DNA of 64,000 bases, from assembly GCA_963758525.1 (NCBI GenBank), contig CAVWVQ010000003.1:1568001-1632000 (forward strand), in the 5' to 3' direction. Shown in pieces: positions 1-10,849 of this stretch. This DNA comes from an uncultured Phycisphaerales bacterium (GTDB lineage: Bacteria > Planctomycetota > Phycisphaerae > Tepidisphaerales > Tepidisphaeraceae). The position numbers and the translations under genes are program-made. Numbering within the stretch: the first letter of the stretch is position 1; every line of letters starts with the position of its first letter. A model generated the notes under the pieces. That model was not told the origin of the DNA. It made no database searches and was given only the letters and a program-made list of their open reading frames with translations.

Positions 1-3000
1 GACCTGCAGATCGTCAAGGTAGGTCAGCGAGGTGGTCAGTCCCTGGGCGGCGGCGCCGATGCTGCCGGGGACGCCCGTTACGGGCGCCTGGGTGAACGCC
101 GAGTTGGTCGCGTTGACCGGAACCGCGCTGAACACCTTGGAATCCACGTGGTTGGCGTTGAAGATGAAACTCAGATCGACACCGATGTCCTGCAGGAAGT
201 TGCGTTCAACGGTCAGGAAGCGTGTTTCCACGGTCACCTGAATCGAATGCGTCTCGCGGAGTTGCTCAAGCAAGCTGACCAGAGCGCGCTGATTTTCGGG
301 GGTCTGCGTAACGATCAATTGACCCTGCAGCTCGCGGATCGCACCGATGGAGCCGCCCGAGTCGCGCCAACTGTCGGGCGCGACCGTCTCGGTCACCAGC
401 TTGATGATCGCGTCAACCAGTTCCTGTCGGGTCTGGCCTTCCCCGGCGCCAGCGCCGCTGCTGCTGCCGCCGCCCGAAAAGAGGCTTTGTCCGCCGCCAC
501 CACCACCGCCGCCGCCGGCGCCACCGGCGCCGCCGCTCTGGTTGGAGTTGTTCGACGTTGATTGCAGGCTGAAATCGGGGGCGTTGTTAAAATCGGGGAT
601 ATTGATGATCAGATCGCGGATGTCGTAGACGCGCGTCAGCGTATTCTTGCCCAGCTCATCGGCGGTGGCAATTTCGATGACGCCTTCGTCGATGGTGTAC
701 CCGAGCTTGGCTGTTCCGCCGCCCACGCTGTCGAGGATGATATTGAGGGCCTTGGAGAATTTCACATTGCGGAGCTTGGCCGTGACCGGGGCATTGCGGT
801 CGACGCCGGCGCCTTCGAGACTCTTCCAGTTAACAAAGATATTCGCGCCGCTGACATCACGGAGGAAGTCAACCACGTCGCTGAAGCCGACACCGTCAAA
901 GGTCAATTCGGGCAGGGCGCGATCCAGCTGTGCCTGCACGGCGCGGTCTTCCTTATTTTCGCCGCGCTCCCCCGCGACGGTCTGATCGCGGAGCTGGCTG
1001 ATTCCCGGCCAATCCGTGGGATAGCGGAGAATATCGTCATAGGGAATTTTCTCTTCCTCGGTCCGCACCAACTGCCCAGTCAACTCAAGATCTTTGCGCT
1101 CCATGAAGATGCGCTGCTGCTGGAAGTTGTTTTGGTCCTCGAGCAGCGGCCGCACGCCGGTGGCATAGTCGTCATCGGGATCGAGGGTGAGGATCTGGTC
1201 AACCACGTTGATCGCCTCGCGGAATCGCTTGTGGTTGGTCAGATCGATCGCGTTGGCCCGCAACGAGACAATCGTGTTATGCTTCTGCTGCTCGTTTTTC
1301 TTGCGGTCCTCTTCTAGTTTCGCGGTGATCGCGTTGTTATTCGCTTCCGTCGCTGTTTCGGCGGCCCGGGCGCGGGCAGCCTCATTTGCTTGGCGGGCGG
1401 CGGCGATTTCGTTGTCGAAATTGCGGAGCGCGTCGGCGGTGAAGATCGTCGGATCCTGGCGGCTGGCGACTTGAGCGCGCTGCAGCGCCGTTTCCGCCAG
1501 GCCAAAATCGCCCTTGTTGGTCGCGTCGTGTGCGTCTGCAAGCGCCTTGTTGACCGCGTACGTGATCTCCTGCTGCCGGATGGGAATATCGTGAGTTGCC
1601 TGATCCAAGGCGTTGGTCGGAGCAGGATTTCGGCCCAGGAGGATCAACACTTCGTGCAGCCCGGCGCGAGCCTGGGCGTTGTCCGGGTCGAGCTGAACGG
1701 CCTGCTGATAGAGCTTCTGTGCCGATTCCAGATCGGGCGGCACTTGATGCCGCGCGTCTGAAGCCTGACGAGCGAGCACCTGCGCCTGATAGGCATTTTG
1801 CTCGTGAAGAATTTCGGCGGCGCGTTGGGTGGCCTTGAGGTCGGCCAGTGCCTGCTGATCTTCGGTCATCGCCGGCGGAGTCGGCACGGGGGTGAGCACT
1901 GGGGTCGGCACCACGGCTTCGGCGGGGGCCGTGGTCGGCGCGGTGGCCGGCGGCGCAACCGCTTCGGCCGGGGCAGTAGTTGGCGCAGGCACCGGCGCTG
2001 GCGCTACCGCTTCGGGGGGAGCCGGCGCCGGGGTGGGCGGCGCCGCGACCACTGCGGGGGCGGTGGCCGGCGCGGGAGTCGGAGCAGGAGGCGCTGGTTC
2101 AGCGGGCGGCGGTGGAACGATCGCCACGGCCGGCGCCGTCGCAGGCGCTTCGGCGGGTGCGGTGGATGGAGCTGCCGGCGGCGCTGGCTCGGAAGGGGCG
2201 ACCGCTACGGCGGGCGCCGGGGCCGGCGGAGGCGTTTCGCTGACCATCGCAACTTGCCGGGCGTGAGCCGTCTGAAGCTGCGCGGCCTGCTCGATCCGAG
2301 CCTCAGTGGCGGCTTTATCGGCGGATTCCTTCGCGTCCATCCGCGACAAATACTTGGCGGGACTTTCGCCCTCGAAGAGTCCGGGTTTGTAATTGGCCGC
2401 CCTGGCGGCTTCGAAATTCTGTCGGGCGGCGATCCAGTCTCCCTTGCGGTACTGCTGCTGCGCGAGATGGTAATAGTCTTTGCCGCTTGGAGCGGGCGCG
2501 GCAGCGACGGGCGCGGGGACTGGCTCTGGCGCTGCGGAAGGAGCCGTCGTCGGCTCAGTGGCAGGGGCGGGCGCCTCGGCGACCGCGGGTGTCGGTGCTG
2601 GAGCGGCAGGCGCTGGTGTTTCGGCAACGGGAGGAACCACTGCGGCCGGCGCCGTTGCGGGAGTTTCGGTCGGGGCGACTGGCGGGGCGACGACTGGCGC
2701 CGGGGCCGGAGGCTCGGCAACGACAGCGATCTGCCGGGGGGGAGCGGTCTGCAGTTGCTGCTGTTTCGCGGCGCGAGCTTCAGTGGCGGCCTTGTCGGCG
2801 GCTTCCTTTGCATCCATTCGCGCCAAGTATTGCGCTGGGCTGTCTCCCTCGAAGAATCCGGGCTTGTAGTTGAGGGCCTTGGCGGACTCGAAATTCTGAC
2901 GGGCGGCGATCCAGTCTCCCTTGCGATATTGCTGGCGGGCAAGGTGATAGAAGTCTTTGCCGCTGGGCGCGGGGGCGGCCGGGATCGGCGCGGGGGCCGC

Positions 3001-3639
3001 CGCGGGAGCGGTGGCGGGGCTGGGGTTGGGCTCGATCGGCGGGACCGCCGAATCCGTCGGCGCAGGAGCGCTGGGCTGGGTGGCTGGCGCATCAGCGGCA
3101 AGCTGAACGCGCGCGTCGACCGCGGGGGCCGGCCCGGCGCCGTCGGCTCGGGCCATTTCGTCCTGAGCCGCCTTGGAGGTCGCGGCATCGGCGAATCGAT
3201 TGCCGATCACGGCGTTAAAGTGCTCGCGAGCCTCGACGCGCCGATCAGCCCCCAGGGCCTGTCGCCCCAGCGCCAGTTCGGAGCGAGCGCCGCGGCGCTG
3301 GTCGGCGGCTTTGGAGGCGTCGTCGAGCGCAGTGAGCACCACCCGCCGGTCGATGTCGGAAAGATTGAACGTATTGATCTGGCGGAGTGTTTCCTCCGCC
3401 TCTTCATACTGTTCCTTATCCATCTGCGCCTGGGCGGTCTTGAGCGCGTCGTCCGCGGAAGGAGCGGGCGCGTCTTTGGCGGGCGCACTGTCTGCGAAAA
3501 CGCGGGCCAGCGTCAGCGCGCTGACCGGGACGGCCATCGCGGCGGCCAACCCGAGAGCAGCGAGTTGTCGGCGGCGTTTTGCGGTTTGAGCAGCGGCAGG
3601 GGTAGGTTCGGACGCGGTCCCGAGGCGGTCGAAGAACAC
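1..3639 (-). CDS. Large secretin (GspD/PilQ-type) with N-terminal TPR-like modules and Ala/Pro-rich linkers; 3' end runs off the window
   Basis: Not in ORF track because it has no stop in the window. GTG start at 3639 after AGGAGG. Manual translation gives a signal-like N-terminus, TPR-like helices and the secretin-type motifs QVTVETRFLTVERNFLQDIG and SLTYLDDLQV. Long antisense shadow ORFs lie in the same frame. Confidence 0.85.
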   Translation of the reverse strand, partial: MFFDRLGTASEPTPAAAQTAKRRRQLAALGLAAAMAVPVSALTLARVFADSAPAKDAPAPSADDALKTAQAQMDKEQYEEAEETLRQINTFNLSDIDRRVVLTALDDASKAADQRRGARSELALGRQALGADRRVEAREHFNAVIGNRFADAATSKAAQDEMARADGAGPAPAVDARVQLAADAPATQPSAPAPTDSAVPPIEPNPSPATAPAAAPAPIPAAPAPSGKDFYHLARQQYRKGDWIAARQNFESAKALNYKPGFFEGDSPAQYLARMDAKEAADKAATEARAAKQQQLQTAPPRQIAVVAEPPAPAPVVAPPVAPTETPATAPAAVVPPVAETPAPAAPAPTPAVAEAPAPATEPTTAPSAAPEPVPAPVAAAPAPSGKDYYHLAQQQYRKGDWIAARQNFEAARAANYKPGLFEGESPAKYLSRMDAKESADKAATEARIEQAAQLQTAHARQVAMVSETPPPAPAPAVAVAPSEPAPPAAPSTAPAEAPATAPAVAIVPPPPAEPAPPAPTPAPATAPAVVAAPPTPAPAPPEAVAPAPVPAPTTAPAEAVAPPATAPTTAPAEAVVPTPVLTPVPTPPAMTEDQQALADLKATQRAAEILHEQNAYQAQVLARQASDARHQVPPDLESAQKLYQQAVQLDPDNAQARAGLHEVLILLGRNPAPTNALDQATHDIPIRQQEITYAVNKALADAHDATNKGDFGLAETALQRAQVASRQDPTIFTADALRNFDNEIAAARQANEAARARAAETATEANNNAITAKLEEDRKKNEQQKHNTIVSLRANAIDLTNHKRFREAINVVDQILTLDPDDDYATGVRPLLEDQNNFQQQRIFMERKDLELTGQLVRTEEEKIPYDDILRYPTDWPGISQLRDQTVAGERGENKEDRAVQAQLDRALPELTFDGVGFSDVVDFLRDVSGANIFVNWKSLEGAGVDRNAPVTAKLRNVKFSKALNIILDSVGGGTAKLGYTIDEGVIEIATADELGKNTLTRVYDIRDLIINIPDFNNAPDFSLQSTSNNSNQSGGAGGAGGGGGGGGGQSLFSGGGSSSGAGAGEGQTRQELVDAIIKLVTETVAPDSWRDSGGSIGAIRELQGQLIVTQTPENQRALVSLLEQLRETHSIQVTVETRFLTVERNFLQDIGVDLSFIFNANHVDSKVFSAVPVNATNSAFTQAPVTGVPGSIGAAAQGLTTSLTYLDDLQV

Positions 3640-3985
3640 GATGGTCCTCCTGGGTTGGTGTCAATCCGTGGTGCACTTCGCGGGCGCCCGCCCGGTGTCA
3701 CGCCGGTTACGAGCGACAGAGCGCGATAATCCACAATGAGCAGAGAAAAACGCCAACCGGCGTCTGATTCCCGATGCCCCATGCAGGTTCGCAACTCGCT
3801 TGCGCGGTTCAGCAGGTCTTGTGGACCGAGCCGCTAATCTCTGGCCCGACCCGTTCTTCTGCCGATCCATCGCCGCCCACGGCTCGCATGAGCCCTTGGA
3901 CAGCCGGCAGAAACGAGCCCTTGTGGTAAGGCTCCGCCTTCCAGCACGCCTGCGCACATCGCGCAAGCCGCCGGACAGGAGACCA

Positions 3986-4014
3986 AATCTACGCAAACGC
4001 AAGCCGCGTTGCAA
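3986..4014 (-). promoter_or_regulatory. Putative sigma70 promoter for the secretin gene
   Basis: TTGCAA-17 nt-TAGATT on the minus strand, about 350 nt upstream of the GTG. Confidence 0.4.
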
Positions 4015-4132
4015 ATAAAATCGTCTCTGACAATGTAATTCGTCCAGTAAAAGGAGGGCGTACGGTAAAAATGAGGGGTGCTGAAGCAGCAATGAGCGGC
4101 TGGGCTTCAAGGTAAGCTCCGTGGGTGTCCCG

Positions 4133-4337
4133 AAACCCGAATGACGAAACCAGAAACCAGAATCAAACAAATCAAACCAGAATGACGAATGACCGAATGA
4201 AGGCCTGACAGATGCGCATCCAGTTTGTTTGTCCGATAGTTGCTTGACCACGCAGCGCAGGGCGCTGACCGACGTTCTCACTTTTGGTCATTCGTCATTC
4301 GTTTTGATTCTGGTTTCTGGTTTCGTCATTCGGGTTT
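4133..4337. repeat. Palindromic element built from heptamer repeats (GAATGAC/GAAACCA arms)
   Basis: 4133-4167 is the exact 35-bp reverse complement of 4303-4337, with further GAATGAC/GTCATTC units inside; lies immediately 3' of the murA stop. Confidence 0.85.
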
Positions 4338-4342
4338 GCGTT

Positions 4343-5649
4343 CTACTTTTCCTTAACCCTCTCAATATCCGCGCCCACCGCCGCCAGCTTCTTTTCAATC
4401 TTTTCGTAGCCGCGATCGATGTGGTAGACGCGGTCGATCCGCGTCTGCCCGCGCGCCACCAGCCCGGCCAGCACCAGGGCCGCCGACGCCCGCAGGTCGC
4501 TGGCCATCACGCTGGCGCCCTGCAGTTCCTTCACGCCCTGAATGATCGCGGTCGGCCCCTCCTTGCGGATGCGGGCGCCCATGCGGTTCAACTCGCCAAC
4601 ATGCAGAAAACGATCGGGGAAAATCCGCTCCGTCACCACGCTCATCCCATCTGCCAGGCAGAGCAGGGCCATGAGCTGCGCCTGCAGATCAGTGGGAAAT
4701 CCGGGAAACGGCTGCGTGGTCATCTCCACCGTATTGAGCCGTCGAGAACTGGAGACAAACGCGGTCCCGTTCTGCCGCTCGATGTGAACGCCGACTTCCT
4801 CAAGACGATCGACGACGGCAATGAGATGGTCGAGATTGCAGTGCTTGATCTCCAGCTCGCCATTGGTGAGGGCGGCGGCAATCATGAATGTGCCGCATTC
4901 GATCCGGTCGGGGATGACGCGATGCTCGGTCCCCGTGAGACGATCGACCCCTTCGATACGGATCTCCGGCGTGCCGTGCCCTTTGATTTTCGCGCCCATC
5001 TTGATGAGCATTTCCGCACAGTCGGAAACCTCCGGCTCGCATGCCGCGCCGACCAGCACGGTCTCCCCTTCGGCCAGCGCCGCGGCACAGAGCACATTGA
5101 TCGTTCCCAGCACGGTCGGGCCCTGCGCCCACCCAGGTACATCTGGCACCCTTTAAGACGCCCGCGCACTTCGCCGACGATATTGCCGTTTTCGGTACGG
5201 AACTCCGCGCCGAGTTTTTTGAGCCCGCGCACGTGAAGATCGACCGGTCGGTCGCCGATGGCACATCCGCCGGGGATCGAAACCACCGCGCGTCCGCGCT
5301 TGGCCAGCAACGGCCCCAGCACGCAGATGCTCGCCCGCATCGTCTTGACGATGTCGTAGCGAGCTTCGCACTTGGACTCGTCCCGCACTTCGATATCCAG
5401 TGGCCCGTCCAGCGGAGGCAGATCTCGATCAGGATTGGTGGGCGACTCGCGCCGATAGACGTGGCAGCCCAGCTCGCCGATCAGCTTGGACATTGAGTCG
5501 ATGTCACTGAGGCGCGGCACCCCGTGCAGCGTGGTCTTCCCCTCCGCCATCAGGCACGCCGCCACAATCGGCAGCGAGCTGTTCTTGCTGCCGCTGATTT
5601 CTACTTTGCCCTTGAGTCTGGTTCCGCCCCTGATGAGAAAGCTGTCCAT
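4343..5649 (-). CDS. murA: UDP-N-acetylglucosamine 1-carboxyvinyltransferase (frameshift near 5130, likely a sequencing error)
   Basis: ISGSKNSSLP, MRASICVLGPLL, PGGCAIGDRPVDLH, PDRIECGT, PGFPTDLQ, DLRASAAL and HIDRGYE, split over two ORFs. Confidence 0.95.
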
Positions 5650-5964
5650 AATCACGCCCATCCTTGGGCCGTTGTCGCGAGCGGACTTCCCGCGACGCAT
5701 GGCCCGATCTGTCGGCGGGCAAAGCCATTTGCTGGCCCGCGAACAATCGGTCTATCGGCCGGTCCATCAGCCGATTAACAGTCTATCTTTACGACGCAGA
5801 TCGTCGAAGGTTTATCGGCCGGAACTCGCCCGCGGCCGACACCTGTTCGACTCCGCATTGTCGCTCTTTCGAACTTCGTCTTCAAGAGATGCCGCGGGTA
5901 TTTTTTATGATTCTCCCCTTCGCGGAATGCTGCTCTCGAGTCTCCTCACGCGCATCGGCGCATC

Positions 5965-6200
5965 CAAAAAAGCCAACGGATGGCCATCCGTCGGGCATTT
6001 TCCATGAGCGAACGATCGAACATCCGCTCGGGAGCGGGACCGCAAATTGACAGCGGGGACCAACGGATGGCAATCCGTTGGCTTTCAGGGGGAGAAATGT
6101 GGCGGGCCCAATCGTCTGCTGCAAGAACAATGATAGAGTCCTTCACGCGCAATGGCGCAGCCCAAAAAGCCAACGGATCGCCATCCGTTGGGCATTTTCC
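5965..6200. repeat. Cluster of three REP-like palindromes (AAAGCCAACGGAT-nnn-ATCCGTTGG)
   Basis: Copies at about 5965-5996, 6060-6085 (inverted) and 6161-6200; further copies at about 31624 and 46543. Confidence 0.85.
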
Positions 6201-6248
6201 GCGAGCGCGGCGGAGCGGAGCGATGGAAGCGCCAGACCTGCCCACGTC

Positions 6249-8203
6249 TCAGATCACGTTCAGCGTGTTAACGGTGTTGGCCGAGTTATCGCCGGGGTTG
6301 GACTCGGCAAACGCGTTGTTCGGATCGATCGTGGCGGTGATGTAATAGCTGCCTGGAATCAGGGCGGCGGGGAGCGGCACGAGCAGCCGCAGCACGGTCC
6401 TCCCGGAGGGGGTGATCTGGATTGGAACAAACGCCGGGCGGAGGAGCTGGGGATTGGAGCCGGAGGGATCGGTGGACGCCGAGAGGGCAATCTGCAGGCG
6501 GCCTTTGGCGAGGACGTTGCCGGAGTTGGCGACGGTGACGGCGATGACCGCTTTTTTGCCCTGCTTCACGGCAGGCGAAACAACGGTGACGCTGTCGGAG
6601 AGGTTGATGACCGGAGCCTGCAGATCGACGGAGCCGTTGGATGTGGCGACGCTGGCGCCGGCGGCGCTGCTGAGCTGAGCCAGCACGTAATAACTGCCGG
6701 CGGCGACGGCGGGGAACTTGCCAAGGGGCAGGGAAATATGCTGCGTCCCGCCGGGCTGAATTTTCAGGTGCGTTCGCACAGGCCGTCCGACGCGGACTGC
6801 GGTGGCATCAAACGTCGGACCAGTCGAGACGAAAAGCTGCACGGTCGCCGACTGATTGATCGCGGCGGCGGTGTTGTTGGTGACCGCAAGCGTCTGCCTG
6901 GCGGTGGTTTTCGTCCCCGCGACGGCGATGGCGGGAAGCCCGCCGGCGAGGGTCGTGGTCAGCGCTGGCATCTCGCCGCCGCCGTTGTTGTTGCTTGCGG
7001 TGACGGCGAGCGTGGCAGCGCTGGTCGTCGCGACGCCGGCGGCATTGGTGAAGACGGCCCGGTACTGATTGCCGTTCTGAGAAAGGGCGGCGACGAAACT
7101 GAGTGTTGTGCTGGTGGCGTTGGGGATGTTCGTGAACGCGCCGCCGTTTGCGCTGACTTGCCATTTCACGGCTGGCGCGGGTGTGGCGTTGGCGGCGGCG
7201 GTAAAGGTGACAGTGCCGCCGGACGTGACTGTCTGGCCGGTTGGCTGGGTCGTGATCGACGGGGCGGCGTTGGATGTTGCGCCGCTGCCGGGCGTGAAAT
7301 CGAGCTCGACGTTCTGTGCGCCCAGCGTCACCGTGGACGAAACGGGGTTGCCGATGCCGGCGCCGCTGGCGCTCACGCTGTAGGTGCCCGGAGCCAATTG
7401 CAGGGAATAGCCGCCCGCTGCCCAGGTTGTGGTGGAGAAGACGGCGTTGTCGGTGGTGCGGGTGGCGGTAATGGTGATGTCGCCCAACCCTTCGCCGGGA
7501 TCATAGAAGTTGTTTTTGTTGGCGTCGGTGAATGCCACGCCGGTGAGGATCGGATCGGAGTCGGCGGGGACGCCGAAGTCTTCGGTGAGCAGGACCGCGT
7601 TGGAGATTCCGCCGCCGAACACGGTGTAGTTGCTCGACGCGGCCAGGCCGATGCCGACTTCCTGATAGCCGATGGTGGTGTTCAGCAGATTGAGGCGATG
7701 GCCGCGGCCGGTGACGTTGCTGTCGATAAAGAGATTGTCGTGAAGCTGGGCGGCGACGGTCGCGGAAATCGAGAGAGGGCGCTGTTGCCCACGATCGCCA
7801 GATTTTCCCCGGCTCCGCCGTCGTATCCGTTGGCCTGCACGCGTGTGCTGGGCGTTGTGTTGTTAAACGTGTGGGTGATAGGCGATTCGTTGTCAAGCAG
7901 CGTGCTGCTGTAATTCTCGGCCGTGAGCGTCAGTTCAGGATTGAACGCCAGCGGCGGCTCGGGGGTATCGGCGATCGTCCCGGCGGGCAGCCCCTCATTG
8001 AGTGATGGGGTCTGGGGCTGGGGGAATGAACTGCCGGGCACCAGGCTCGGGTCGTCGCCCCAGGTGCTGCCGTTGAGTCTCGTCACCTCCGCGCCGGGGT
8101 TGGCCCGGGCGCGGTTGATCAATTGCAGGACGTATTGTTCGATCGCGGTTGGAAACGAGCCGGACAGGAGCCGCCGCGCTTCAAGTGTTTCGAACTGGAT
8201 CAT
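6249..8203 (-). CDS. Secreted LExRxLL-motif protein with CAP/SCP domain, Ig-like and CARDB-like domains (frameshift near 7770)
   Basis: ETLEARRLLS; EQYVLQLINRARANP; GENLA; LLTEDFG; Ig-like PSITTQP...VKWQ...NGNQYRAVFTN; C-terminal GSYYITATIDPNNAFAESNPGDN. Confidence 0.8.
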
Positions 8204-8407
8204 CAGCAAGCCTCTCAAAGATAGCTTCGTCATCCGGCGATCGAAACGTCCATAAATCGGCCCGCGTCCAGCGCGATTGCTCTGTTTCCCCGTTTGGTCA
8301 ATCGACTCGTTGGCGAACCGTGGTTTTGTGAGAAGAGAAAAAAACGGCTCGCGAGCGAGCCGGCCAAAAGGAGAAGCGCGCCGCGCGTGGATCATCGTGC
8401 CGTCGGG

Positions 8408-8836
8408 TTATCGGGGCGGCCTCTTTGATGAGAGACTCGGCACCGAGGCGTACGCCTCGCGCTCAAACGGGTTGTCCATGTATCCATCGCGTCCTCGCAG
8501 CGAGAGCAGCAGTGACGCGAAAAGATAGGCCGGGACAAACAGCGGTCCCCACCGCTCGCACTGACGGACGTGAATGCGCTCGTGGTCGCGGGTCAGTTGC
8601 AGCGCCTCGCGGTCGCGGCCGAGGACGACGTGGCCGAGAGTCATGGCGGATGCGCCGCCGGGGAGGAGCGTGCCTTTGCGGAGGAAGGCTTCGATGAGTC
8701 CGCCGTGCAGTTCGAGGACGCCGTCAACGACTTGGGTGCCGATGCGTCCGTAAGCTGCGCCCAGCACCAGGCAGACGAGTCCCAATGCAGTGGTTGGAAG
8801 AGCCCAGAGGTAGAGGGGCCATCTTGAGCGCGTCAT
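8408..8836 (-). CDS. Small HExxH-motif (zincin/DUF4157-like) membrane-associated protein
   Basis: YLWALPTTALGL, AMTLGHVVLG, HERIHVRQCERWGPLF, YMDNPFEREAY. Confidence 0.75.
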   Translation of the reverse strand: MTRSRWPLYLWALPTTALGLVCLVLGAAYGRIGTQVVDGVLELHGGLIEAFLRKGTLLPGGASAMTLGHVVLGRDREALQLTRDHERIHVRQCERWGPLFVPAYLFASLLLSLRGRDGYMDNPFEREAYASVPSLSSKRPPR

Positions 8837-8899
8837 CTTCGTTGCGTGTCCGCGGATAGCGCAGTGCTTCGGCCGCAAAACGCTACGTTGCAGCAGCAT

Positions 8900-9240
8900 G
8901 TGATTATCAACAATTTGTCCACGCTTCTCCACCGCCGGCTTTCATCAGGCGCATGGGACAAGCAGTGGACAAGCTGATATTGGACGTTGCGGAGGCGGTG
9001 CGAAAGACTCCCGCCCGAAGCAGTAAATGGCGAGCCCATCCTTGGAGGTGTTTCGGGCTCGCATTTTCGCGGCGCTGCCCGCGTCGGTTCATACACAAGC
9101 TGTCCACATTCGGAGTCCGATAAGTATCGCTTTAAACGGATGTCATATAAGTGCTTATGTTTCTGATGCAGAAGTTATCCCCATTGCGCCAGGCATCATT
9201 ATCACTACTACTGTATTGAAGCTTTCTATAACATAAAGGT
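8900..9240. other. Probable chromosomal replication origin (oriC)
   Basis: DnaA-box-like 9-mers: TTATCAACA 8904, TTGTCCACG 8915, TTCTCCACC 8925, reverse TTGTCCACT 8964, TCATACACA 9089, CTGTCCACA 9100, TTATCCCCA 9175. These are followed by a GC spacer, a trio-like run CATCATTATCACTACTACT and an AT-rich tract; directly upstream of dnaN. Confidence 0.75.
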
Positions 9241-9298
9241 AGCGGTACAGTACCCGACTTGGCTTGTCAGGACGGATTTTGCGACGGAAGGGCCTCTC

Positions 9299-10402
9299 AT
9301 GAAAGTGATCTGCAATCGGGGTGCGCTGCTGGAAGCATTGATCGTGGCGGGGAACGTCGTGCAATCGCGCACGCCCAAGCCGATTCTGCAATGCGTGAAG
9401 ATTACCGCGGCGGACGATCGGCTGACGATTGCCGCCACAGATCTGGAAGTGGCGATTCGGTACACCGACAGCCAGGTGCAGATCGACCAGGCGGGCGAGA
9501 CCCTTCTGCCGGCTGACAAGCTGCGCGACATTGTCCGCGAGAGCGTCGACGACACGCTCTCGATCGAAGTGACCGGCGACAACGCCAGCATTCGCGGGCA
9601 GGATTCCCACTTCAAGATCTTCACCCAGAAGGCAGCCGACTTTCCTCCCATTCCCGACTTTGACGGCGAGGCGGACTTCGAAGTGGCGGGCGGACAGCTC
9701 AAGCAACTCATCGGGCAGACGCTCTTTGCCGCCGCCCGCGAGAGCACGCGATACGCCTTCAACGGCGTTCTGCTCTCGGCCAAGGCGAAGAAGATCAATC
9801 TCGTCAGCACCGACGGCCGCCGCCTGGCGATGGCCAAGGGAGATCTCACGACCGAGAAACTTTCGAAAGACGGCGTGAAAGCGATCGTTCCGGCCAAGGC
9901 GCTGACGCTGCTCGACAAGCTCATCGACGATCCGGAAGAGATGGTTGCCGTGAAGGTGAAAGAGAATCAGGTGATTTTTCACACGCCCAGCGCCACGCTC
10001 ACGAGCAATCTGGTCGAGGGTCAGTTTCCGCCATTTGAAGACGTCATTCCCAAGGACGTGGACAAGAAGATGGTGGCCAGCACAGCTGATTTTCTCAGCG
10101 CGATCCGTCGGGCCGCCCTGCTCACGACCGAAGAAAGCCGCGGCGTCCGGATGGCGTTTAACAAGAAGGGGCTGGTGCTGACGAGCCGATCACCCGAAGC
10201 CGGCGAAGCGACGGTGAATTTCCCCTGCAAATACGAGGGGACGGATGTGGAGATCGGCTTCAATCCCACGTTCGTCGTCGACGCGCTGCGCGTGGTGGAC
10301 AGCGATGAAGTTTCGCTGGAGCTGACCGCTCCCAATCGGCCCGGCCTGCTGCGCGGCGGGCCGGATTTTCTGTATGTGATCATGCCGGTGAGTTTGCAGT
10401 AG
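9299..10402 (+). CDS. dnaN: DNA polymerase III beta subunit (sliding clamp)
   Basis: 367 aa; ATDLE, RYAFNGV, VSTDGRRLA, LVEGQFPPF, IGFNP, YVIMPV. Confidence 0.97.
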   Translation: MKVICNRGALLEALIVAGNVVQSRTPKPILQCVKITAADDRLTIAATDLEVAIRYTDSQVQIDQAGETLLPADKLRDIVRESVDDTLSIEVTGDNASIRGQDSHFKIFTQKAADFPPIPDFDGEADFEVAGGQLKQLIGQTLFAAARESTRYAFNGVLLSAKAKKINLVSTDGRRLAMAKGDLTTEKLSKDGVKAIVPAKALTLLDKLIDDPEEMVAVKVKENQVIFHTPSATLTSNLVEGQFPPFEDVIPKDVDKKMVASTADFLSAIRRAALLTTEESRGVRMAFNKKGLVLTSRSPEAGEATVNFPCKYEGTDVEIGFNPTFVVDALRVVDSDEVSLELTAPNRPGLLRGGPDFLYVIMPVSLQ

Positions 10403-10441
10403 GACTTCAGGGTTTTCCCAGAAAAAGGGCCGTGGGCGCGT

Positions 10442-10849
10442 ATGCCGCCGATCACGAGCAGGGATTTTCAGAAGGTGGCCGCTGCTCGTCTGTTTGCGGC
10501 AGAGACGCTGCTTCGAGAGAAACTCACGCTCGACGCTCAATATATCGGAGGCTACACTGCTGAGTGTTCTTTGAAGGCGTTGATTTTGCATCTGACTCCC
10601 GCTTCGGAAATGCGGCAAAAACTGGATCGAATTACGCACGGGTCGCAGATGCACCGTATCGACATTTTGTTAGGTGAATTGCGGGACATAGGAATCTCGC
10701 TTCCTTCGCGGCTTTCCAAACGATTGAGGCGATTTGATTGGACTACTGACCTGCGATACGAAACCGGCAGGCGTGATACCGGCGAGACTTTCGGATTTTT
10801 GAAGACAGCGAAAGCCAATCACCAGTGGGTGGGGAGCCAATTACGATGA
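10442..10849 (+). CDS. HEPN-domain-like protein (putative toxin)
   Basis: AQYIGGYTAECSLKA, H-x-I-x-x-L and WTTDLRYE pattern typical of HEPN; ATGA overlap with the next gene. Confidence 0.65.
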   Translation: MPPITSRDFQKVAAARLFAAETLLREKLTLDAQYIGGYTAECSLKALILHLTPASEMRQKLDRITHGSQMHRIDILLGELRDIGISLPSRLSKRLRRFDWTTDLRYETGRRDTGETFGFLKTAKANHQWVGSQLR

